This document shows positions 1 to 6,483 of a stretch of DNA of 21,969 nt, piece by piece; position 1 is the first letter of the stretch; each line of letters starts with the position of its first letter. This stretch comes from a virus. The translations under genes were made by a program, and so were the position numbers. Under the pieces are notes generated by a model. The model was not told where the DNA came from, made no database searches, and worked only from the letters and a program-made list of their open reading frames with translations. The DNA lies in IMG/VR virus record IMGVR_UViG_3300028299_000002, positions 1 through 21,969 of that record. One strand, given 5' to 3'.

Positions 1-200
1 TTGCGAAGTCCCCAATACGGCGGACTTGTGACACACATATTGAATACACCGTCCGGTATTCTTGCTAATGTTTCAAGAGAATCACCATGTAGTATTTTAT
101 CATGGAAAGAAGATGCCAGCGAACCATTGTCTTGAGATAACGGCTTGAGCTGTTCTCCGTTTTTAGGTTTTTTGGTTATATATGGTGCTTGCTGTTCCAT
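1..200 (-). CDS. N4/N6 DNA methyltransferase, N-terminal part (runs off window edge)
   Basis: Hand translation from ATG 200: MEQQAPYITKKPKNGEQLKPLSQDNGSLASSFHDKILHGDSLETLARIPDGVFNMCVTSPPYWGLR. It has the GDS and motif IV SPPY pattern of beta-class MTases. The start lies in the loop of attC-like site 1. Confidence 0.9.
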   Translation of the reverse strand, partial: MEQQAPYITKKPKNGEQLKPLSQDNGSLASSFHDKILHGDSLETLARIPDGVFNMCVTSPPYWGLR

Positions 201-248
201 TTTGTCACTTCAAATTAATTCGCCGTATCTCAGACATAGTCGTTCGTA
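118..248 (+). repeat. attC-like site 1
   Basis: R'' AGCGAAC, spacer CATTG, left arm TCT[T]GAGATA[A]CGG; right arm CCGTATCTCAGA, spacer CATAGTC, R' GTTCGTA. The arms pair with two extrahelical bases. Confidence 0.85.
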
Positions 249-255
249 GTTCGCA

Positions 256-1098
256 TCAAAAGAGAACCTGCTGAGCCTGTTCAATTTCAAGGCGTTGTTT
301 AGATTTTTCGTAATATTCCAAGTTTTTTTCGATTACTATAAAATTCCGCTTTGACCTATGCGCCGCTATTGCCGTTGTCCCAGAACCGCCAAAACCGTCG
401 AATACCAAATCACCCTCGTTTGTATAAGTGCGAATGAGATATTCAAATAAACCGACTGGCTTTTGGGTTGGGTGAAGTCTAATTTTATCTTGAGTGTAAT
501 ATAAAAGGGTTGTTGGATACCCTTCAAATTCTTGAATATACGCAGCGTGACTTTTTCGCACTATTGCGAATGACTTACCATAATTACCATAATCTATACC
601 AGACCGCTTTCTACTTGATGGACGAAGTCCTTGTGGGTTGTATAACATCCTCCTGTTTGAACAATTCGCCGTTGTTCCCTTTGAGAATATTAGGATATTT
701 TCGTGCATCTTTACTGCTTTATTTTTAGCATTCATTTTATCTCCCGCCGTATTCTTTCCCCATATCCACTCATATTTGAACATCTTTAGATTGCTCATTA
801 CCAGAAAACTTGTGAACGGCTGGCTTCCGGTCAGCACTACCACGCCAGTCGGCTTTAATATCCGAAGTCTTGTTTCCCAGTATAGATTCAGGTCTATCTT
901 CACATCCCATTCGCACGCAGTTGTGTTATATGGCATATCCTCTAAAATCATATCGACGGATTTGGCTTCTATCTGTTCGCAGAGAGTGAAGGAATCGCCG
1001 TTGTGGATAGCATTCAAAGAGAGGCGACTACGAACCAGCGTTTGCAGATAACCCTTAGAGCTGTCCGACTCTTGCTGGTTTTTGGTTACTATTGGCAC
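256..1098 (-). CDS. N6/N4 DNA methyltransferase (beta class)
   Basis: Motif IV DMPY, HPTQKPVGL and motif I DGFGGSGTT. Likely GTG start at 1098 behind GGAGG (ORF track starts at TTG 1110); both starts lie inside attC-like site 2. Confidence 0.92.
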   Translation of the reverse strand: MPIVTKNQQESDSSKGYLQTLVRSRLSLNAIHNGDSFTLCEQIEAKSVDMILEDMPYNTTACEWDVKIDLNLYWETRLRILKPTGVVVLTGSQPFTSFLVMSNLKMFKYEWIWGKNTAGDKMNAKNKAVKMHENILIFSKGTTANCSNRRMLYNPQGLRPSSRKRSGIDYGNYGKSFAIVRKSHAAYIQEFEGYPTTLLYYTQDKIRLHPTQKPVGLFEYLIRTYTNEGDLVFDGFGGSGTTAIAAHRSKRNFIVIEKNLEYYEKSKQRLEIEQAQQVLF

Positions 1099-1156
1099 TT
1101 TCGCCTCCAATGTGACATTAGTAAATTATCGGGTATCTGATACGCCATCGTTCTGT
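1029..1156 (+). repeat. attC-like site 2
   Basis: R'' TACGAAC, CAGCG, TTT[G]CAGATA[A]CCC ... GGGTATCTGATA, CGCCATC, R' GTTCTGT. Extended R'' GCGACTACGAAC complements GTTCGTAGTTCGC at 242 with one bulge. Confidence 0.85.
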
Positions 1157-1157
1157 A

Positions 1158-1367
1158 TCAGAGCGGATTTTGCAACAATTCCCATATTTTTTGAGTACTT
1201 ATTTGTACCGCATTGAGTTGCGGTTTTTTATTATCAGTATCGGCGGTAAATTTTACAAGACAGGCAATTTTACGTTCACCCAACATTTTCCCTAAATTAA
1301 AAATATCGTCATCGTTTTCGGGTACAAAAACAATATCATTCTCTTTTTCATTACACGTTACTTTCAT
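1158..1367 (-). CDS. hypothetical protein (cassette cargo)
   Basis: ORF 1158..1427 in the track; ATG 1367 (MKVTCNEK) follows a purine-rich leader and is the more likely start. Confidence 0.6.
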   Translation of the reverse strand: MKVTCNEKENDIVFVPENDDDIFNLGKMLGERKIACLVKFTADTDNKKPQLNAVQISTQKIWELLQNPL

Positions 1368-1404
1368 CTTTTTCTCTCTTTCTGCTCTGACCAGCCCTTC
1401 GGGT

Positions 1405-1493
1405 ACAGAACCAGCAGATTGAGCCAATGCTTAGAGCACTGGCATGGTTAATATTTTTGATTGTTTTTGCATGGCTCATCTTTATCGTTCTAT
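1405..1493 (+). repeat. attC-like site 3
   Basis: R'' ACAGAAC, CAGCA, GAT[T]GAGCCA[A]TGC ... GCATGGCTCATC, TTTATC, R' GTTCTAT. TACAGAAC complements GTTCTGTA at 1150. Confidence 0.85.
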
Positions 1494-3058
1494 TCGTCAT
1501 CCCGCCCAAGATTCTTGATGGCTTGCATTATCGGTAAAACGACCTGCGGAACTATCGCATTTCCTAAACATTTAAGTCTGTCCACCCGCTTGGGTATCCC
1601 ATGAGCCACTCGTGGAACTCCATTTTCCCAATCATCATCCCAATTAATTAAAACAGGATTGGCATTTCCCCAGCAATATCTCTTCCACATCTCCTGGCTG
1701 TGCTGTGCCAAAAGTCGTGACAGTGTTTGCACAATGTCTGTATATTTTTTTGTTCGTTGTTTGTTATGTCTTGGTCTATATGGTGCGCCTGTAGGCTCGT
1801 TGTTTTCCGACAAGCCTCGCACGTCTTTTTCAGGTGTTTCCTCGCTCGCCAACTGTAACCATGCTTGGTAAGATTTATCTTCTTTGAGTTTGCACAAGTA
1901 AGTGAGCAATATTTCCTTTTTAGAAACGTGTTGTAATCTTCTAGGCGTCCGTTGAATCTTTTTCTCGTTATTAAAATTCCACAATGCTGACAATATTTCA
2001 CGGGTGTCTTTTTTCTCTTTGCCATCGTTCATATCTCCTCCGTATATCACATTAGTAAATATACACTCATGGGATATAAATGTCAAGTCTATATTTCTGT
2101 CCAACCAGGAGGAAAACCCATTAATAGTTCCACCCACGTCGGGTTCAATTGGCCAGTTTGATGTGTCGATTTTTTCACTTCCTCCGCCAATATCTTTCCA
2201 CCCTTCCCGTTTGGCCTTGACCCAGGGGTTCCAGCTCTGGGTGTCGGCCACATTTTCACTATGTCGTTCAAGTTGTTTTGATAGCCCTCCCGATTTACTC
2301 TTTTTGCTTGGCCGCTCCGATAATCCCGGCTTTGCGGTGTTGGCATTAGTTTTACATATCTCGCCAGTCCTATCGAACCGTCCGTACCCTTCCCGTTTAT
2401 TTTCCGCAAAGTCCCCGTTTTGTTCACTTTGAACTTGTCGTTTTTTCCAATTATTCCCCCCGTGTCCGCATCGCTTTTCACGGGAGTTGGCAACAATCCA
2501 GACTCTGTTCCTCCGATGTCCTGCACCGACACCCGCAGCCGGTATAATAAACGATTGGCAGGAGTATCCGATAGAGTCCAGGTCAGCAAGCACGTCGTCG
2601 AGTGCCAATTTGACGATTCCAGCAACATTTTCGCCAATAACCCAAGCGGGCCGGGTTTCCGATATAACTCTAAGCATCTCCGGCCAGAGATAGCGGTCAT
2701 CTTCTTTGCTTTTTTGCTTCCCGGCAACGCTAAAAGGCTGGCAAGGGAATCCCCCTGTAATAAGGTCAACTGTTCCGCAGGTCTTTCCGTCATAGGTTGT
2801 GATGTCGTCATGTATTGACACTCCTCTAAAGTTTTTCTGTAATACTTTCTGGCAGTATGGGTCTTTTTCTACGAATGATACTATTTCCAGACTATCTCCC
2901 CAGCACCATTTAGCAGCCAAAGCAAATCCGCCTATCCCTGAAAATAAATCTAACATTCTGAAAGGGCGGGATGAAATAGAACCATTAGATTGAGCCAACG
3001 ACGAAAGCTGTTCCTTTTCCATCGTTTCCGCCCTTTCACTGGTTATAGTTTCATTCAT
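1490..3058 (-). CDS. dcm: C5 cytosine DNA methyltransferase, main (alpha) frame
   Basis: Motifs I DLFSGIGG, IV GGFPCQPFS, VI ENV, VIII HRRNRVWIV and X RLKCLGNAIVPQV. The ATG is inside attC-like site 4. Confidence 0.9.
   Translation of the reverse strand: MNETITSERAETMEKEQLSSLAQSNGSISSRPFRMLDLFSGIGGFALAAKWCWGDSLEIVSFVEKDPYCQKVLQKNFRGVSIHDDITTYDGKTCGTVDLITGGFPCQPFSVAGKQKSKEDDRYLWPEMLRVISETRPAWVIGENVAGIVKLALDDVLADLDSIGYSCQSFIIPAAGVGAGHRRNRVWIVANSREKRCGHGGNNWKKRQVQSEQNGDFAENKREGYGRFDRTGEICKTNANTAKPGLSERPSKKSKSGGLSKQLERHSENVADTQSWNPWVKAKREGWKDIGGGSEKIDTSNWPIEPDVGGTINGFSSWLDRNIDLTFISHECIFTNVIYGGDMNDGKEKKDTREILSALWNFNNEKKIQRTPRRLQHVSKKEILLTYLCKLKEDKSYQAWLQLASEETPEKDVRGLSENNEPTGAPYRPRHNKQRTKKYTDIVQTLSRLLAQHSQEMWKRYCWGNANPVLINWDDDWENGVPRVAHGIPKRVDRLKCLGNAIVPQVVLPIMQAIKNLGRDDE
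1648..2025 (-). CDS. HNH endonuclease nested in the dcm gene
   Basis: CQHC...YCSLTC zinc motifs and CEAC...AHHIDQDITNNEQKNIQTLCKHCH HNH motif; own GGAG SD and promoter. Confidence 0.85.
   Translation of the reverse strand: MAKRKKTPVKYCQHCGILITRKRFNGRLEDYNTFLKRKYCSLTCANSKKINLTKHGYSWRARKHLKKTCEACRKTTSLQAHHIDQDITNNEQKNIQTLCKHCHDFWHSTARRCGRDIAGEMPILF
2058..2086 (-). promoter_or_regulatory. sigma70-type promoter for the nested HNH gene
   Basis: TTGACA (2086-2081), 17 nt spacer, TATATT (2063-2058), directly after the stop of the alternative-frame ORF. Confidence 0.65.
2089..2811 (-). CDS. overlapping alternative-frame MTase polypeptide (PTP repeats + motif IX-like segment)
   Basis: Nested ORF with three PTP repeats (LLPTPVKSD, LMPTPQSRD, MWPTPRAG) and terminal LNPTWVELLMGFPPGWT, the motif IX-like block missing from the main frame. 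Confidence 0.75.
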   Translation of the reverse strand: MTTSQPMTERPAEQLTLLQGDSLASLLALPGSKKAKKMTAISGRRCLELYRKPGPLGLLAKMLLESSNWHSTTCLLTWTLSDTPANRLLYRLRVSVQDIGGTESGLLPTPVKSDADTGGIIGKNDKFKVNKTGTLRKINGKGTDGSIGLARYVKLMPTPQSRDYRSGQAKRVNREGYQNNLNDIVKMWPTPRAGTPGSRPNGKGGKILAEEVKKSTHQTGQLNPTWVELLMGFPPGWTEI

Positions 3059-3085
3059 CGTCGTGCCTCATCTTTGTCGTTATAC
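2976..3085 (+). repeat. attC-like site 4
   Basis: R'' ATAGAAC, CATTA, GAT[T]GAGCCA[A]CGACGA ... TCGTCGTGCCTCATC, TTTGTC, R' GTTATAC. AATAGAAC complements GTTCTATT at 1487. Confidence 0.85.
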
Positions 3086-3140
3086 GCTCGTCGCTGCGCT
3101 CCCGAGCGTATAATGGCGGGCGCCTGAGCGTCGTTTTGGC

Positions 3141-3266
3141 CTATATTGGTTTAAGATGTTTTATAATTTCTTCAAGTTGTCTAACCCTAATTTCTAAAGA
3201 TTCTATAAGTTGATTTAAATCTCCTATCTCGTTATAAATTTGTTGAATGGAATCTGAGTCACTCAT
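3141..3266 (-). CDS. small coiled-coil hypothetical protein
   Basis: MSDSDSIQQIYNEIGDLNQLIESLEIRVRQLEEIIKHLKPI, behind a GAGGA SD; heptad pattern. Confidence 0.55.
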   Translation of the reverse strand: MSDSDSIQQIYNEIGDLNQLIESLEIRVRQLEEIIKHLKPI

Positions 3267-3353
3267 TTTTTCCTCTTTTCTTTTAAGCGCCAAAACTCCA
3301 TCGGCACTTGTTTTTCGTGTTAAAATCATCTGTCAATTATCGCTTGCGACGAC

Positions 3354-3415
3354 GTATAACCAGCGCATGGAGCATGAATCATCTGCGATGATTGCTCATG
3401 CGCCCGCCATTAGAT
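3354..3415 (+). repeat. attC-like site 5 (short, 59-be size; core ATT instead of GTT)
   Basis: R'' GTATAAC, CAGCG, CAT[G]GAGCA-TGA-ATCATC, loop TGC, GATGAT-TGCTCATG, CGCCCGCC, ATTAGAT; 62 bp. GCGACGACGTATAAC complements GTTATACGCTCGTCGC at 3079 with one bulge. Confidence 0.8.
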
Positions 3416-3461
3416 GCCTCACAAGATTTTACTGTCAAGTGAGGCATCCGTTCACTGTGGT

Positions 3462-3977
3462 TTAGTGTAGTTTAAATGGACTTACGACAATTTCCGGTTC
3501 AAGATATACCGGGCGCGGTTCGTTTGTTTCAGGATCAATCATCATCAACCAAGTTGCAGAAGATGATGTTGGCATATATAGACCATTCGGATCGGCTTGC
3601 GGAATTACTTCTGGGAAAACACCAGACCAGTCTCGCCCAATCATTTTATCTGCTTCGACAATTTTCATTGGATTAGTATATTGTGCCGAAAAGGGAACGC
3701 CAAACCCAATACATTTACCGATAAACATGAGTTTGCCTTGATAGTCAGATTTTATATAGGCATAGCATACCAAATCCTCTTTATCACATAGTTCAAAAAC
3801 CATTTTCATTAGTTTCTTTTGTTGATAATTGACAAGATTTGGCAAACCGACCTGACGATTGATTTCATCAAGGATTTGATTTGTTTGCGCGGTTTGACGT
3901 GTTTCTGCGGTCGGTGTTGTTTCAAAACAAGCGAAAAGAAAAAGACATGCGAAAAGAATTACGATTAGTTTTTTCAT
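3462..3977 (-). CDS. putative lipoprotein
   Basis: MKK + hydrophobic stretch + LFAC lipobox; PQADPNGLY motif. Confidence 0.8.
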   Translation of the reverse strand: MKKLIVILFACLFLFACFETTPTAETRQTAQTNQILDEINRQVGLPNLVNYQQKKLMKMVFELCDKEDLVCYAYIKSDYQGKLMFIGKCIGFGVPFSAQYTNPMKIVEADKMIGRDWSGVFPEVIPQADPNGLYMPTSSSATWLMMIDPETNEPRPVYLEPEIVVSPFKLH

Positions 3978-3978
3978 C

Positions 3979-4314
3979 TTAATAACCTCTTATTTTAGTT
4001 AGAAATTGTTGCAGTTTTATTTCTCGGATTTGACCAGCGTCAAACTCCGCAAACTGCATCCGTACCAAAGAGGCAATAGCCTCCTTGTCAGCAAGCGTTT
4101 CAGCAGTATTATATTCGTAATAATACTTTCCCAAATCTTGTACTTTCCCATGCACATAGGATTTGGTTTCCTCAAACACTTCGCGTTTGGCGTTCTCATA
4201 CTTCGGACGGAAGAACTTGAACATCTCCAATCCGTAGAAATTGAGAACGAAAATTGTCACCAAAAGAAGGATAAATCCTCCGACAATCAATCCGATCAGT
4301 TTACCTTTACTCAT
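3979..4314 (-). CDS. membrane-anchored hypothetical protein
   Basis: N-terminal TM helix (LIGLIVGGFILLLVTIFVL) followed by a helical domain; 1 bp from the lipoprotein gene. Confidence 0.8.
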   Translation of the reverse strand: MSKGKLIGLIVGGFILLLVTIFVLNFYGLEMFKFFRPKYENAKREVFEETKSYVHGKVQDLGKYYYEYNTAETLADKEAIASLVRMQFAEFDAGQIREIKLQQFLTKIRGY

Positions 4315-4359
4315 TTTTCTGTCCTTTCTATAATAGGGTTAAACATTGTTTAATGAGGC

Positions 4360-4473
4360 ATCTAACCCGCGTTTGCAGATAACGAGGTGAGCTGTTCACC
4401 TTGCTTGGATTCTTCTGGTTTTGTCATAGTCTCATTCATGTTTCACCTCGTATCTGATACGCCATCGTTCGCT
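4360..4473 (+). repeat. attC-like site 6
   Basis: R'' ATCTAAC, CCGCG, TTT[G]CAGATA[A]CGAGGTGA ... TCACCTCGTATCTGATA, CGCCATC, R' GTTCGCT. TGAGGCATCTAA is a perfect 12-bp complement of TTAGATGCCTCA at 3410. Confidence 0.87.
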
Positions 4474-5027
4474 GCTGCTGTCCACTGAATAGCCATTGCT
4501 TCTGCTATACCTGGATAGGTTCTGCTTCTCTCTTTCCACCTGTCTTCGCTTGGTGGCATTTTGTGTATTCGGTTTTCACGCCCATCCACCACATTAGTTG
4601 GTTTCAATAAAGGAAGATTTTTAAGCCACAAACAGGTTGCCTTTGTTTCGCCGTGTCCGAATTGCCAAGGCTGGATTATCTGGTCAGGTTTTCTGATTCT
4701 GGATGATATTATACTTATCGGGTTTTCGATTGCTATTTTTGGAATTGGAGAGTTCATCAAAAGTCTGACAAATTCAAGTGCCTCTGCCTGTTCCTCTTGT
4801 TTATCCTTGAACCACCTTGCACCGGACACGGCCAAGTGTGTACAAGGTGGATGGAATATCCCTAAATCAAATTGTTCTCGCTTTAATAATTCAAATATAT
4901 CCTCTTGAAAGTGCCATTCGGAGTTACCTTCTGTCGGTAACAGGTCACATGAATAGGCTTCGTGTCCTCTCTTACGAAATGCCTTTGTTACTATTTGACT
5001 AAATTCACACCCCACAATAACTCTCAT
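4443..5027 (-). CDS. short phage-type cytosine DNA methyltransferase
   Basis: RVIVGCEFS, SCDLLP, HPPCTHL (PC catalytic dipeptide), ENP, QPWQFGH. ATG 5027 overlaps the HNH stop (TAATG); the C-terminus reads into site 6. Confidence 0.8.
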   Translation of the reverse strand: MRVIVGCEFSQIVTKAFRKRGHEAYSCDLLPTEGNSEWHFQEDIFELLKREQFDLGIFHPPCTHLAVSGARWFKDKQEEQAEALEFVRLLMNSPIPKIAIENPISIISSRIRKPDQIIQPWQFGHGETKATCLWLKNLPLLKPTNVVDGRENRIHKMPPSEDRWKERSRTYPGIAEAMAIQWTAAANDGVSDTR

Positions 5028-5545
5028 TATATTCTCCATGTTTTGTTATTAGCAATTCTTGTTATTGTTGGTCTTGATACTCCATATTCCTTTGCAAGCA
5101 TTTTTTGAGAGATGGTTGTAAGTTTTTTTCTTATTTCTTGTACTTTGGATGGAGTTAATTTAGCGCCCCCATTTCGAGTATTCCAGGTTCCATTTTCAAT
5201 CTTATCATTTTCGTTTTCTGTATATGTTCCATAAGATAAATTAGATATATGGTTGTTTGCAGGATTACTATCTAGGTGTCTTATAACATTTCCACTTGGT
5301 CTTTTCCCAATAAAGAATTGTGCAACAAGATTGTGTATTCTAACTGTTTTTACTTTCCCACAACCATTACATAAATGAACTTGAAGATAGCCCCTTTTGT
5401 CAGAATAAAATGGTAAATCCTTCCATACATCTTTCGCAATAAACCCTTTATACGAAGCATGTCTTTGCCATCGACTTTGTAATTTTCCAAAATTAGAAAT
5501 ACGATATGCTGGAAATTCTGGAATAATTTTAAATTTTTCTTTCAT
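5027..5545 (-). CDS. NUMOD4-HNH homing endonuclease with C-terminal HTH
   Basis: YRISNFGKLQS (NUMOD4), RIHNLVA...IRHLDSNPANNHISNLSY (HNH) and AKLT...LAKEYGVSRPTITRI (HTH). Confidence 0.9.
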   Translation of the reverse strand: MKEKFKIIPEFPAYRISNFGKLQSRWQRHASYKGFIAKDVWKDLPFYSDKRGYLQVHLCNGCGKVKTVRIHNLVAQFFIGKRPSGNVIRHLDSNPANNHISNLSYGTYTENENDKIENGTWNTRNGGAKLTPSKVQEIRKKLTTISQKMLAKEYGVSRPTITRIANNKTWRI

Positions 5546-5583
5546 GGTAAATGTCCCCTATATTAAACACACGTACACGGCTT

Positions 5584-5612
5584 AATATAAGATAAAGGAT
5601 TAACTTGTACAA
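5584..5612 (-). promoter_or_regulatory. putative sigma70 promoter for the NUMOD4-HNH gene
   Basis: TTGTAC (5612-5607), 17 nt spacer, TATATT (5589-5584); overlaps inverted repeat TATATTAA/TTAATATA at 5559-5589. Confidence 0.5.
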
Positions 5613-5615
5613 GCA

Positions 5616-5696
5616 TTATCTTACATCGCCTTTATAGTGATTCCCTGGAATCTCAGTGTCCAGCAGATCGCAAGACCATGCGTTCCACCCCTTTGC
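5616..5696 (-). pseudogene. fragment of a paralog of the 4443..5027 methyltransferase
   Basis: Translates to AKGWNAWSCDLLDTEIPGNHYKGDVR*, which aligns by eye with RKRGHEAYSCDLLPTEGNSEWHFQEDI. Confidence 0.75.
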
Positions 5697-5765
5697 CTGG
5701 ATTCTGCGGGTTTTATCATAGTTTCATTCATGTTTCACCTCGTATCTGATACGCCATCGTTATGC
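5695..5765 (+). repeat. attC-like site 7, truncated (loop + right arm only)
   Basis: Near copy of the right half of site 6 (TCATTCATGTTTCACCTCGTATCTGATACGCCATCGTT identical), R' GTTATGC; no left arm or R''. Confidence 0.8.
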
Positions 5766-6146
5766 ACAATTCAAATGTGTTTCATGGTCTACCACATATA
5801 CATTTATCCCACGAAACATAGTACGTGATTTATAATTCGCTTCTTCATACGGCACAAGACAAATTTCATCATATTCTTGTGATAGTTTTTTATACTCTGA
5901 CCTTCCGAGATAAATTGAAGTTGGTTTTTTTCCTGTTTTAGATTCGTATCCACACAATAAATTTATTAATCTATCGTGCATAACCATTGGCTGCACCGAA
6001 CAGCCAGAGCTGTTCGATAGTATTTTTTCAACTTCACCTATTAAATCATCACATAGTTCTGGAGTCAGTGCGTGGTGTCCTTTTTTATCAGATATTGAAT
6101 AAAATAAATCTCCAAGTTCCTCAACTTGCTTGTCTGTAATTTTCAT
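5760..6146 (-). CDS. hypothetical protein, paralog of 6184..6483
   Basis: ATG 6146 behind AAAGGA inside the loop of site 8; shares LCxYExKTGxKPTxxYxG and YVVxxxxxLxCA with its neighbour. The stop codon lies in the R' core. Confidence 0.75.
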   Translation of the reverse strand: MKITDKQVEELGDLFYSISDKKGHHALTPELCDDLIGEVEKILSNSSGCSVQPMVMHDRLINLLCGYESKTGKKPTSIYLGRSEYKKLSQEYDEICLVPYEEANYKSRTMFRGINVYVVDHETHLNCA

Positions 6147-6189
6147 CGTCTCATTCCTTTCTGGCTGTCGGTGAGCCTGGTCGTTAGGC
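5978..6189 (+). repeat. attC-like site 8 (canonical arms, very long loop)
   Basis: R'' GCATAAC, CATTG, GCT[G]CACCGA[A]CAGCCAGA ... TCTGGCTGTCGGTGAGC, CTGGTC, R' GTTAGGC; 212 bp. GTGCATAAC complements GTTATGCAC at 5759. Confidence 0.88.
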
Positions 6190-6483
6190 GCAATCAAGAT
6201 AGCTATCTGAATTAACAACATATATATATGCACCGCAGTACATCGATCTCATTCTCTCACATCCACTTTCATCAATTTCATTTATTATTGGATTTAATAT
6301 TCTTAATATTTCTTTATTTTCATACTTGCCAACATATAATTTCGTTGGCTTTATTCCGGTTTTTGCCTCGTAATTACATAGTATTTCCAGTATTTTGTAA
6401 TGTAATTCGCGCCTAACCCTTGGCTTCACGTCAACGCACGGAGCTGTGGTTTTCTCATCAGGTTCATTGTTTTTAATAGTCAT
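6184..6483 (-). CDS. hypothetical protein, paralog of 5760..6146
   Basis: AAGGAG SD and ATG inside site 9; stop TAA within the core at 6184-6186. Confidence 0.8.
   Translation of the reverse strand: MTIKNNEPDEKTTAPCVDVKPRVRRELHYKILEILCNYEAKTGIKPTKLYVGKYENKEILRILNPIINEIDESGCERMRSMYCGAYIYVVNSDSYLDCA

Noticed and set aside
1648-2086. Group I intron or intein housing the nested HNH
   Set aside because: No recognisable intron core elements or intein C/S...HN termini; the HNH is in a different frame with its own promoter. RT-PCR would be needed to exclude splicing fully.
6147-6233. Upstream extension of the 5760 ORF to ATG 6233
   Set aside because: It overlaps the neighbouring gene and crosses the cassette boundary; ATG 6146 has an SD.
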